Shown: positions 17,270 through 25,372 of the stretch, piece after piece
Layout: each line of letters opens with the position of its first letter
How positions within the stretch are numbered: the first letter of the stretch is position 1
From: an uncultured Actinomycetes bacterium
GTDB taxonomy: Bacteria > Actinomycetota > Thermoleophilia > Gaiellales > Gaiellaceae
Assembly: GCA_963848525.1 (NCBI GenBank)
Contig: CAWKDZ010000001.1
Span: forward strand, 374,060 to 438,059
DNA: 64,000 nucleotides
Reading direction: 5' to 3'
Program-made: the position numbers and the translations under genes
The notes under the pieces: generated by a model
The model's database searches: none
Told to the model about the DNA's origin: nothing
What the model saw: the letters and a program-made list of their open reading frames with translations, nothing else

Positions 17270-17971
17270 ATGGACGCCGTGGCGCTTCCCGCCGGCACAG
17301 TCACGTTCGTCTTCAGTGACGTCGAGGGCTCGACGGAGCTGCTCAAGCGGCTCGGCGATCACTACGCGGAGCTCATCTCCGCTCACAGAAGCATCGTCCG
17401 TGAGACGTTCGGCGCCCACGGAGGCGTCGAAATCGACGCCCAGGGCGACGCGTTCTTCTTCGCCTTCGCCCGCGCGCGCGACGCGGCCACTGCGGCCGTG
17501 GACGCGCAGCGCGCCCATGCGGAGCACTCGTGGCCGGACGGGGAGCACGTCCGTGTGCGCATGGGGCTGCATACGGGCGAGCCGGTCGTCGGTGAGGAGG
17601 GGTATCTCGGGCTCGACGTCGTACGCGCCGCCCGGATCTGCACAGCCGGCAAGGGAGGCCAAGTCCTCGTCTCGGAATCGACGAAGGCGCTCCTCGGACC
17701 CTCCCTCCCAGAGGGCGTCTCGGTGCATCCGATGGGCGAGCGCCGGTTGAAGGACTTGGACGAGCCTGAGCGCGTCTACGAGCTCGTCATCGACGGCATG
17801 GAACAACCCGAGCCGGAGACCGCGCCGCCGGAGGTGGCAGCGGACGTGGATGACGACGTCGACGCCCGCGCCGCCGATCTCGCCAGGCGGTTCTCCAAAG
17901 ACATCAAGGCGAGCGTCCTCCGGTCCCTCGAGCGCAGCCTGGGCGAGCGCGAGCACCGGGGCCCCCGCTAG
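17270..17971 (+). CDS. Stand-alone class III adenylate/guanylate cyclase-domain protein
   Basis: 233 aa: GTVTFVFSDVEGSTELL...VEIDAQGDAFFFAF...VRMGLHTGEP...GLDVVRAARI...RLKDL. This is the cyclase homology domain of the type found at the N-terminus of LuxR/ATPase cyclases, followed by an acidic helical tail. Confidence 0.8.
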   Translation: MDAVALPAGTVTFVFSDVEGSTELLKRLGDHYAELISAHRSIVRETFGAHGGVEIDAQGDAFFFAFARARDAATAAVDAQRAHAEHSWPDGEHVRVRMGLHTGEPVVGEEGYLGLDVVRAARICTAGKGGQVLVSESTKALLGPSLPEGVSVHPMGERRLKDLDEPERVYELVIDGMEQPEPETAPPEVAADVDDDVDARAADLARRFSKDIKASVLRSLERSLGEREHRGPR

Positions 17972-17982
17972 CTGTTCTGCTG

Positions 17983-18807
17983 ATGGGCGAGTCCGGGTTC
18001 GTCGACGTCGATGGCGGGAGGATCTACTACGAGGCCGAGGGGGACGGCCCACCCGTGCTCCTGATCCACGGCGGCCTCGGCACGCTGCGCATGTGGGACG
18101 AGCAGGTTCCCCGGTTCGCCGAGCGCCACCGAGTGATCCGCTACGACACGCGTGGGTTGGGCCGCACGGAGACGGACGACGTCGAGTTCGCGAACCGCGA
18201 CGACGCGATCGCAGTCCTCGACCACCTCGGGGTCGCGTCGGCGGCGGTCGTCGGACAGTCACGGGGCGCGATGATCGCGCTCGACCTCGCGCTCGATCGC
18301 GCCGACCGCGTCGACGCGCTCGTCAGCGTCGCGGGCGGGATCGGCGGCTACGAGCCGGCGCTCGCGGACGGGACGCCCCAGCCGCCGTGGGACGAGCTCG
18401 AGCGCCTCTGGGAGCAGAAGGAGTGGCCGGCGCTCGCAGAGCTCGAGACCCAGGTCTGGGTCGACGGGTGGGGACAGCCGCGGGACCGCGTCGACCCGGA
18501 GGTGCGCCGGCGTGTCCACGACTGGATCCTGGCGGGCTACGAGGCCGACAACGCCGAAGGACGCCCGGTGCCGATGGCACCGCCGGCGATCGAGCGCCTC
18601 GACGAGCTCCGCGTGCCGACACTCGTGCTCGTCGGTGCAGTGGACGAGCCGGGCGCCGTCGCGGCAGGCCGCAAGCTCGGGTCAGCGCCGAACGCGCAGC
18701 TCGTCGAGTTCGAGAACGTCGCGCACATGGTCCACCTCGAGCAGCCGGATCGGTTCGCGGAGGTCGTGCTCGAGTTCCTCGCCGGCGCCCGGCCCCGCGG
18801 AGGCTGA
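17983..18807 (+). CDS. Alpha/beta-fold hydrolase
   Basis: 274 aa: GDGPPVLLIHGGLGT...VVGQSRGAMIALDLAL (GxSxG-like nucleophile elbow)...ENVAHMVHLEQPDRF. Confidence 0.85.
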   Translation: MGESGFVDVDGGRIYYEAEGDGPPVLLIHGGLGTLRMWDEQVPRFAERHRVIRYDTRGLGRTETDDVEFANRDDAIAVLDHLGVASAAVVGQSRGAMIALDLALDRADRVDALVSVAGGIGGYEPALADGTPQPPWDELERLWEQKEWPALAELETQVWVDGWGQPRDRVDPEVRRRVHDWILAGYEADNAEGRPVPMAPPAIERLDELRVPTLVLVGAVDEPGAVAAGRKLGSAPNAQLVEFENVAHMVHLEQPDRFAEVVLEFLAGARPRGG

Positions 18808-18815
18808 CCGCTGCC

Positions 18816-19652
18816 ATGGCAACCCCGCAGACCCCTCTAGACCCCGACGCCTTCAACGCGTTCGAAGCGTCGGCTTGGGAGCAGCGGGCAGCTGGGTATC
18901 ACCGGTTCTTCGCGGCGATCACGACGCGGATGATCGAGCCGCTCCTCGACGTTGCCGAGGTTGGCCGAGGCACTCGGGTTCTCGACGTCGCGACCGGACC
19001 GGGCTACGTTGCGGCCGCTTGTGCGGCGCGGGGCGCCGACGTCGTGGGGGTCGACGTCGCGCCTGAGATGGTGTCGCTCGCCCAGAGGCTTCGTCCCGAG
19101 ATCGAGTTCCGCCAGGCGGACGCAGAGCAGTTGCCGTTCGCCGACGGCTCGTTTGACGCGGTCCTCGGGAACTTCCTCATCCCGCACGTCGGCAGGCCGG
19201 AGCAGATCGCCCTAGAGCTCGCACGCGTCGTCAGGCCGGGTGGGAGGTTGGCTCTGTCCACTTGGGACGTCCCCGAGCAGGCGCGGCTGCTCGGCGTGCT
19301 CGTCGATGCCGCGGCGGAAGTCGGAGCGCAGCTCCCCGCCGACGTCCCATCCGGACCCCCGTTCTTTCGCTTCTCCGAGGAGACCGAGTTCGGCCGGCTC
19401 CTCCGGGCCGCCGGTCTGAGCGATGTCGCCGTGCAGACCGTGGCGTTCACCCACCGTGTCGCGAGCGTCGACGAGCTGTGGTCCGGGCTGACGGACGGGA
19501 CCGTGCGGATGCGCGCGCTCGTGCTCGCCCAGTCGCAAGACGTGCAGGCGCAGATCCGAGCTGCCTTCGATCGTTTCGCTCGCCGCTACACCACGAACGG
19601 CGGTCTGGACCTGCCCGTCTCGATGAAGCTCGCCTCCGGCCGCAAGCCGTAG
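18816..19652 (+). CDS. Class I SAM-dependent methyltransferase
   Basis: ATG 18816 within ORF 17850..19652. Motif I is VLDVATGPGYVAAACA, followed by ...FDAVLGNFLIPH...VVRPGGRLALSTW. Confidence 0.85.
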   Translation: MATPQTPLDPDAFNAFEASAWEQRAAGYHRFFAAITTRMIEPLLDVAEVGRGTRVLDVATGPGYVAAACAARGADVVGVDVAPEMVSLAQRLRPEIEFRQADAEQLPFADGSFDAVLGNFLIPHVGRPEQIALELARVVRPGGRLALSTWDVPEQARLLGVLVDAAAEVGAQLPADVPSGPPFFRFSEETEFGRLLRAAGLSDVAVQTVAFTHRVASVDELWSGLTDGTVRMRALVLAQSQDVQAQIRAAFDRFARRYTTNGGLDLPVSMKLASGRKP

Positions 19653-19711
19653 GCGGGCAAAGCCCGCCTACGCGGCATCAAGAGACGAGGACCTCGGGCC
19701 GATAAGGCCCT

Positions 19712-20197
19712 ATGGGCCTCTTTGCGGCAGAGGCGCTCGAGCGCGAGCAGACGGTGGGCGGCGTGCTGAAGGCGACGTGCGTCCAGCTGACGAGCGTGCT
19801 CGACGCCGACGCGGCCAACCTCTCGCGCGTGATCGGGGAGCTGCTCGTCGACCTCGTCGAGCACTCGGTCGACGGGCGGCGCGTGCAGCTCGGCCGCAGC
19901 TACCTCCTCCCCGACTACCCGGTGACGGAGGAAGTGATCGAGGCAGGCGAGCCTCGGACCGTGTGGCTGCTCGATCCGGGCGTCGACCCGAGCGAGGCCG
20001 CGCTCCTCCGCGAGCTCGACTTCGACGCGCTCCTGATGCTCCCGCTCGAGCTCGACGGCCGCTGCTGGGGTCTGGTCGAGGTGTACCGGACGGGCACGCA
20101 GCGGTTCTCCGACGACGAGGTCGCGCTCGGCGTGGAAGTGATCCAGACAGCGGCGCGGGCCATCCAGAAGCTTCAGCGTCGAGCGGCGGCAGCGTAG
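19712..20197 (+). CDS. GAF-domain protein
   Basis: 161 aa: ...LDADAANLSRV...YPVTEEVIEAGEPRTV...LLMLPLELDGRCWGLVEVYR...FSDDEV.LGVEV.... This is a typical single GAF fold pattern. Confidence 0.7.
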   Translation: MGLFAAEALEREQTVGGVLKATCVQLTSVLDADAANLSRVIGELLVDLVEHSVDGRRVQLGRSYLLPDYPVTEEVIEAGEPRTVWLLDPGVDPSEAALLRELDFDALLMLPLELDGRCWGLVEVYRTGTQRFSDDEVALGVEVIQTAARAIQKLQRRAAAA

Positions 20198-20299
20198 GTC
20201 TTACCGCACGAGCAGAAGTCAGGAGGCGGGCTTTGCCCGACTCCGGTCACTCCGCGGGAGCCAGACCGGCGTCGCCACACCCACGCCGACAAAGTCGAG

Positions 20300-20597
20300 G
20301 CGCGAAGCGCCGACGTTCCGCCGCCGCGCTTGGCTCCCCGCCGTGCAAGCCTCCGGGGTTGAGCGGCCCGCCCGCCTCTACGACCTCCGCTCCACCTTTG
20401 CCTCCAACGCTCTCGCCGCGGGCGTATCGGTGTTCGAGCTCGCACGCGTGATGGGGACGAGCGTGGCGATGATCGAGCGGCACTACGGGACGCTCCTCGA
20501 TGGCGCCCACGCGGGGATCGCCGGCCGGCTCGACGCGCTCGAAGCTCGGTTAGCTGCTACCGAAGTCGCTCCCGATGCTCTCGACCCTTCGCAGTGA
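20300..20597 (+). pseudogene. Tyrosine recombinase (phage-type integrase) C-terminal remnant
   Basis: ...FRRRAWLPAVQASGVERPARLYDLRSTFASNALAAGVSVFELARVMGTSVAMIERHYGTLL matches only the last catalytic region of integrases (canonical ...YDLRHTFAS...MGHS...ERHYGH). No N-terminal or core-binding part is present, and the conserved His of LRHT is Ser. Confidence 0.65.
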
Positions 20598-20639
20598 GAC
20601 CCCAGACCGCGATCTCGTAGGGGATCGCCTGCTCGGTGC

Positions 20640-20834
20640 TCAAGAGGTCTCCGAGACGATCGCCGGGAACGAAATCGCCATTTGCATCCGCACCGCGCGG
20701 AGCTGCACCACCTCTGCCTCTTGCAGCAGCGCGCGCGCCGCCTCCGGCGACTTCAGCTTCCGCTGCGCGTCCTTGATCAGCGTGTCCGCGCGTGCCTCGA
20801 GCGTCCTGATCGTCTCGGTCAGATCCTCCGTCAT
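20640..20834 (-). CDS. Small hypothetical helical protein (possibly truncated or frameshifted)
   Basis: ATG 20834 is preceded by GAAAGGTGG. The protein is MTEDLTETIRTLEARADTLIKDAQRKLKSPEAARALLQEAEVVQL.... The tail looks non-native, and a second frame continues as ...STEQAIPYEIAVWGL. Confidence 0.3.
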   Translation of the reverse strand: MTEDLTETIRTLEARADTLIKDAQRKLKSPEAARALLQEAEVVQLRAVRMQMAISFPAIVSETS

Positions 20835-21004
20835 GGCTGCACCACCTTTCCGTCTTGGCCGCGCGAGCGGCGTTCCTCCAGCACGTTCTCTTGATTATCT
20901 CGTCGTCGTATCGGGATCCGAGAGACACGTTTAGGGCACAAGTGGGGCACGGCGGGGAACCCACGGTTCCCCCGAGTGAGCCGCAACCCCGCCTGGCTCC
21001 TCGA

Positions 21005-21076
21005 CGCGCCCGGGAGGATTCGAACCTCCGACCCGCGGCTTAGAAGGCCGCCGCTCTTCCACTGAGCTACGGGCGC
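21005..21076 (-). tRNA. tRNA-Arg (anticodon TCT)
   Basis: The reverse complement GCGCCCGTAGCTCAGTGGAAGAGCGGCGGCCTTCTAAGCCGCGGGTCGGAGGTTCGAATCCTCCCGGGCGCG forms a cloverleaf with anticodon loop CTTCTAA. Confidence 0.85.
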
Positions 21077-21141
21077 TCGCTGGACAGGGTAACGCCGAAC
21101 GGCGTCAGCGTCTGCGGCCGAAGTGCGCGTCGGTCGAGCGG

Positions 21142-22224
21142 CTAGAGCGGCGTCTCGGCGACCGGCTCGCGCTCGGCAGCCGCCTCGCGGCGACCGCGCA
21201 TCCATTCGAGCAGCAGCACCTGGATCGAGCCCGCGATCGGGATCGCGGCCAGGGCGCCGAGGATCCCCGCGATCGAGGCGCCGATCAGGACGGCGATCAG
21301 GATCGCGAGCGGCGAGAGCGCGACCGTGCGCGAGTACACGACCGGGTAGAGGAAGTGGTTCTCGAACTGCTGGTAGGCGATGAACCAGCCGAGCACGATG
21401 AGGCCGATCGTCAACCCCGAGTCGAGGAACGCGACGGTCGAGACGACGATTGCCGCGATCGTCGCGCCGGCCATGGGGATCAGATCGAGGAGCGCGACGA
21501 GCAGGGCCAGCGCGAACGCGTAGCTGACGCCGAGCACGCTGAGCAAGATGGCCGACGTCACGCCCGCGACGAACGCGATCAACAGCGCCCCGGCCACGAA
21601 CCCGCCGATCGTCGCGTACACCTCGGCGCCGACGCGACGCCACCGCGGCCGCCTGTCCTCGGGGACGAGCGAGAGGAACCGTTCGATCCAGCGTGGCCCC
21701 TCGAGGAGCATGAAGAAGGTCAGGACGAGGATCGTGATCGTGGCAACGACGGCCGTGACCACGCCCTTCGTCACGGCCACCGCAGTGCCGGAGACGCCCA
21801 GCACGCGGCCGAGGTCCAGGTCTCGGACGATGTCCTCCACCCGGTCGACGATCTGGTAGTCGGTCTGCAGGAAGCCGAGCCGGCCGCGGCCCTCGGTGAG
21901 GTCTTCGACGAAGCCGGGTACGGCGTCGACGAAGTCGTTCACCTCGTCGACGAGCGCGGGCACGAACGTGGCCCCGAGGCCGGCGATGCCGATGAACAGG
22001 AGCAGGTACGTCGCCCCAATCGCGAGTCCGCGCCGCGCGATCCCTCGCCGCATCAGGAACTCGACGAGCGGGTCGAGCGCGAGCGCGAGAAAGAGCGAGA
22101 TCAGGATCCACGTGAGGACCTGCCTCGACATCGAAAGTAGCTTGAGGACGGCCGCGACCGCGATCACGATCCCGACGATGGAGAGGATCGTGCGCGCGCG
22201 GAACCGGACGATCCGCTCGAGCAT
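21142..22224 (-). CDS. AI-2E family transporter (PerM/YhhT-like permease)
   Basis: 360-aa polytopic membrane protein with the family-typical C-terminal ...[15 protein letters not shown]...[26 protein letters not shown]. Confidence 0.85.
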   Translation of the reverse strand: MLERIVRFRARTILSIVGIVIAVAAVLKLLSMSRQVLTWILISLFLALALDPLVEFLMRRGIARRGLAIGATYLLLFIGIAGLGATFVPALVDEVNDFVDAVPGFVEDLTEGRGRLGFLQTDYQIVDRVEDIVRDLDLGRVLGVSGTAVAVTKGVVTAVVATITILVLTFFMLLEGPRWIERFLSLVPEDRRPRWRRVGAEVYATIGGFVAGALLIAFVAGVTSAILLSVLGVSYAFALALLVALLDLIPMAGATIAAIVVSTVAFLDSGLTIGLIVLGWFIAYQQFENHFLYPVVYSRTVALSPLAILIAVLIGASIAGILGALAAIPIAGSIQVLLLEWMRGRREAAAEREPVAETPL

Positions 22225-22282
22225 CGACGTGAGCTTGACGGCGGGACCGGACGTTCACGAAAAGCGGATAGCATCGTCCGCC

Positions 22283-22741
22283 GTGACCGAGGCGACGCTG
22301 CAGACGAACCACGGGGCGATCGAGCTCGAGCTCTTCGACGAGGACGCGCCGAAGACCGTTGAGAACTTCGTCAAGCTCGCGCGGGATGGGTTCTACGACG
22401 GCGTCGTGTTCCACCGCGTGATCCCGGACTTCATGATCCAGGGAGGCGACCCGACCGGGACGGGCCGAGGCGGCCCGGGCTACACGTTCGAGGACGAGTT
22501 CAACGACAACAAGGTCGTCCGCGGGGCGCTCGCGATGGCGAACGCCGGGCCGAACACGAACGGCTCGCAGTTCTTCATCGTCACGGCCGAGGCGACGCCC
22601 TGGCTCGACGGCAAGCACACGGTCTTCGGTCGAGTCGCGAGCGGGATGGAGGTCGTCGACGCGATCTCCGCCGTCGCCACGGACCCGAACGACAAGCCGC
22701 GCGAAGACGTCACGATCGAACGGGTGGAACTTCAGACCTGA
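22283..22741 (+). CDS. Cyclophilin-type peptidyl-prolyl cis-trans isomerase
   Basis: GTG 22283: [64 protein letters not shown]...[18 protein letters not shown]. Confidence 0.9.
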   Translation: MTEATLQTNHGAIELELFDEDAPKTVENFVKLARDGFYDGVVFHRVIPDFMIQGGDPTGTGRGGPGYTFEDEFNDNKVVRGALAMANAGPNTNGSQFFIVTAEATPWLDGKHTVFGRVASGMEVVDAISAVATDPNDKPREDVTIERVELQT

Positions 22742-23423
22742 GGGCATCGAGCCACTCGGGCCGTTCGAACCCTCCGTACTCCTGGATCGCGCCGAAGATG
22801 TGCTGAACGATCGCGGTCTGACAGACCGAGACACGGCACGTTCCGTATGGAAGACGATTCGAACGCTTCTTTTGGCTGTACTTCGAGTACGTATTTACGA
22901 TCGACTTGCAGAGGCTGCTCCGCGGGAGCTCGAGTTGTGCGAGCCAGAACCGCTCGATCTCGAACTGCCGGTCGACGTGATCGGCAAAGAGGTTGCACGT
23001 GACGCGGAAGCGCTCGTCTGGGACGTCGAAATACCTTCGGAGGAATCGAACGAAGAAGCGCAGCAGTTCCGGGTCAGAGTTCGTGATCTTCGCCGCGTTC
23101 CGGTCCTTGCTACCTTCGGCCCAGTAGAGCATGCAGCCGGCAGCGTGAAACGGATCACCGGATCGCGCGAGCCGACAGCCCTCCCATTGAGCCTGGCGTC
23201 GACGCTCCCGATGCCGCTCGCTAAGAGCTGCGTTGGCCAGCACCTGGCGGAAGTGAAGGCCGTTCGAAGCTTGAAGCCGTTGATGCTGGTCCGGCGTCAG
23301 CGCGATGTCCCGGACCCAGATGCTCACAGACGATTGCGAGACGCCGACGCGACGAGCGATGTCCTTGATCGATCTCCCCTCGCGTCGAAGGATGCGCGCC
23401 TGTTCTCGCTCGGCCGTTTTCAC
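22710..23423 (-). CDS. HTH-domain protein with a possible LAGLIDADG-like endonuclease core, encoded in a low-GC patch
   Basis: GTG 23423 is the first start clear of tRNA-Gly. The N-terminal HTH is [27 protein letters not shown], followed by ...[37 protein letters not shown].... Codon usage is visibly A/T-richer than in the neighbours. The 3' end overlaps the convergent cyclophilin gene by 32 nt. Confidence 0.55.
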   Translation of the reverse strand: MKTAEREQARILRREGRSIKDIARRVGVSQSSVSIWVRDIALTPDQHQRLQASNGLHFRQVLANAALSERHRERRRQAQWEGCRLARSGDPFHAAGCMLYWAEGSKDRNAAKITNSDPELLRFFVRFLRRYFDVPDERFRVTCNLFADHVDRQFEIERFWLAQLELPRSSLCKSIVNTYSKYSQKKRSNRLPYGTCRVSVCQTAIVQHIFGAIQEYGGFERPEWLDALRSEVPPVRS

Positions 23424-23465
23424 ATCTGACGACAGTAGCGGTCGCGGAGGACGGGCCGTGTCCGA

Positions 23466-23536
23466 AGCGGGCGGGCGGAATTGAACCGCCATCATCGCGT
23501 TGGAAGCGCGAGGCTCTGCCGTTGAGCTACGCCCGC
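23466..23536 (-). tRNA. tRNA-Gly (anticodon TCC)
   Basis: The reverse complement GCGGGCGTAGCTCAACGGCAGAGCCTCGCGCTTCCAACGCGATGATGGCGGTTCAATTCCGCCCGCCCGCT forms a cloverleaf with anticodon loop CTTCCAA. Confidence 0.85.
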
Positions 23537-23559
23537 GAGGTCCGAGTAGCGTAGCCCGC

Positions 23560-24165
23560 GTGGAGTGGAGCGGCGCCCGCCTGGCTTCCTTCGTCGGCGG
23601 CGTCGCGCTCCTCCTCGCCTCGCTGCTCGGGCCGCTGCACGAGCTCCAGTTCGACTCGCTGATTGCGCACCTGCTCCAGAACATCGCGCTCGCCGAGTGG
23701 GCGCCGGCGCTGCTCGTCTTCGGGTTGCCGCCGGACCTCGGGCGCCGGCTGGCGCGCTTCGTCCCGCCCTGGCTCGGGCTGCCGCTCTGGCTGCTCGCGT
23801 ACTACACCTGGCACGCGCCCCCGCTGTACGACGCGGCGCTCCGCAGCCCCCACGCGCTCCTCCACCTCGAGCACCTGACGTATCTGCTCGCCGGCATGGC
23901 CCTGTGGCTCCCGGTGGCGCATGGACGCATGGGCGACGGCGGCAAGGCGCTGTACCTCTTCGCGGCGTTCCTGCTGATCAGCCCGCTCGGGCTCTTGCTC
24001 GCGCTGATCCCCGAGCCCGTCTACGACTTCTACGACGGCCACTGGGGCCTGACGGCGCTCGAAGATCAGCAGATCGGCGGCGTGACGATGTCCTCGGAGG
24101 CGGCGGTGGTCTTCTTCGTCGTGCTCACGTTCTACTTCTCGCGCTTCATGCGCGAGGAGAGCTGA
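23560..24165 (+). CDS. Cytochrome c oxidase assembly factor CtaG-like membrane protein
   Basis: GTG 23560 is the first start after the tRNA. The protein is polytopic, with ...HLLQNIALAEWAPALLVFGLP...YTWHAPPLYDAAL...HLEHLTYLLAGMALW...EDQQIGGV.... Confidence 0.7.
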   Translation: MEWSGARLASFVGGVALLLASLLGPLHELQFDSLIAHLLQNIALAEWAPALLVFGLPPDLGRRLARFVPPWLGLPLWLLAYYTWHAPPLYDAALRSPHALLHLEHLTYLLAGMALWLPVAHGRMGDGGKALYLFAAFLLISPLGLLLALIPEPVYDFYDGHWGLTALEDQQIGGVTMSSEAAVVFFVVLTFYFSRFMREES

Positions 24166-24166
24166 A

Positions 24167-24241
24167 TCGGGGCGGCGAGACTCGAACTCGCGAACCTCCG
24201 CGTCCCAAACGCGGCGCTCTACCAGGCTGAGCTACGCCCCG
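24167..24241 (-). tRNA. tRNA-Pro (anticodon TGG)
   Basis: The reverse complement CGGGGCGTAGCTCAGCCTGGTAGAGCGCCGCGTTTGGGACGCGGAGG...GAGTTCGAGTCTCGCCGCCCCGA forms a cloverleaf with anticodon loop TTTGGGA. Confidence 0.85.
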
Positions 24242-24348
24242 GTGGTTCGACGAGTCTAGCTTCGCCGTCGCGCACTCCACGACCTGCTGAGGCGCGGTAC
24301 CCGAAGGGGGGTTGCAGGTGTCCGGCACCTCCAGTACGCTGCGCCCGC

Positions 24349-24822
24349 ATGCGGCTTGTAAGACAGGTTTCTATAGTTTTCAGTATGGTTTTGTGCGTGG
24401 CGGCTAGCGCCGCGCCGGCGCCGGGGGCCCCGACGGCGCCCGAGGCCGATCTGCTCCGCGCGGTCAACGCGGTTCGCGCCCACCACGGTCTCGCCCCGCT
24501 GCGCGCCGACTCGCGGCTCGAGCGCGCCGCGCGGGCACACTCGCAGGCCGTGCTGCGCTCCGGCCGGCTCGCCCACGGCGACGTGCGCCGGCGGCTGACC
24601 TCCTACGGCGTCCGCAGCAAGGCCGTCGGCGAGAACCTCGCGTGGGGCGTCGGCTCGCGCGCGACCGCCGCCGCGATCGTGCAGATGTGGCTCTCGAGCC
24701 CGCCGCACCGAGCGAACCTCCTGCGCCCGAGCTTCCGCCGGGTCGGGATCGGGCACTCGGTCGGAACGTTCGCCGGCTACGGCGGCGCCGCGGTGGTCGC
24801 GGCGAACTTCGCCGGGCAGTAG
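24349..24822 (+). CDS. Secreted CAP/SCP (PR-1-like) domain protein
   Basis: A signal peptide is followed by ...LLRAVNAVRAHHGLAPLRADSRLERAARAHS...GENLAWG......IVQMWLSSPPHRANLL...FRRVGIG. The first ~15 codons are unusually A/T-rich. Confidence 0.8.
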   Translation: MRLVRQVSIVFSMVLCVAASAAPAPGAPTAPEADLLRAVNAVRAHHGLAPLRADSRLERAARAHSQAVLRSGRLAHGDVRRRLTSYGVRSKAVGENLAWGVGSRATAAAIVQMWLSSPPHRANLLRPSFRRVGIGHSVGTFAGYGGAAVVAANFAGQ

Positions 24823-24825
24823 TTA

Positions 24826-24912
24826 CTGCGCAAGTCGCGAATCCGCTCGCGCGGATCCGCGACGCGCTAAGACCCCTAAAGGCGTCCGCTTCGCGGCCGC
24901 TGTCGCAGCGAC
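24826..24912 (+). repeat. ~87-nt structured intergenic repeat, copy 1
   Basis: ctgcgcaagtcgcgaatccgctcgcgcggatccgcgacgcgctaagacccctaaaggcgtccgcttcgcggccgctgtcgcagcgac aligns by eye at ~90% identity to 36779-36864. It contains a 13-bp hairpin (24834-24846 / 24851-24863, one A-C mismatch) and a second GC hairpin built on GCGGCCGC. Confidence 0.7.
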
Positions 24913-24937
24913 TGACCGCGATTGGTCTAGCTGCTCC

Positions 24938-25372
24938 TCACTCCTCCATCAGCGCCCGCAGGTCGGCGAGCTTCTCCCGGCGCAACTGGTCGCGCTCGCC
25001 GCGGTCGATCCGGTCGAGCAGGTCACGCACCAGCGGCGCGAGCTCGAGCGGGTTGAACGGCTTGGTGATGTAGTCGACGCCGCCGATGTCGAGCCCCTTC
25101 GCGCGGTCGCGGAACTCGGCGCGGGCGGTCAGGAAGACGATCGGGATGCCGCGCGTCGACTGGTCGTCGATCAGCTGCTCCGCCACGCGCCAGCCGTCGA
25201 GGCCGGGCATCATCACGTCGAGGAGGACCACGTCGGGCCGCTCCGACTTCGCCTTCTCGAGGCCGGTCGGGCCGTCGGCCGCCTCGGTGACCTGCATTCC
25301 CTCCGCCTCGAGGTTGACCCGGCAGAGGAGCCGGATCGGGGCCTCATCGTCGATCACGAGAACTCTGGTCAT
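24938..25372 (-). CDS. Single-domain (CheY-like) response regulator
   Basis: 144 aa: MTRVLVIDDEAPIR...DVVLLDVMMPGLDGW...ITKPF. The ATG overlaps the stop of the upstream histidine kinase. Confidence 0.85.
   Translation of the reverse strand: MTRVLVIDDEAPIRLLCRVNLEAEGMQVTEAADGPTGLEKAKSERPDVVLLDVMMPGLDGWRVAEQLIDDQSTRGIPIVFLTARAEFRDRAKGLDIGGVDYITKPFNPLELAPLVRDLLDRIDRGERDQLRREKLADLRALMEE

Noticed and set aside
22750-22780. tRNA-fragment-like GGTTCGAAC motif that could mark a second att site for the tRNA-Gly-adjacent gene
   Set aside because: The flanks do not form a T-stem, and the sequence does not match the tRNA-Gly 3' end. It lies inside the coding region (..[10 protein letters not shown]..).
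20831-22834. 667-aa ORF on the - strand
   Set aside because: It runs across tRNA-Arg(TCT), out of frame through the AI-2E transporter gene, and antisense to the cyclophilin gene. Its composition is Arg/Asp/Pro-rich noise.
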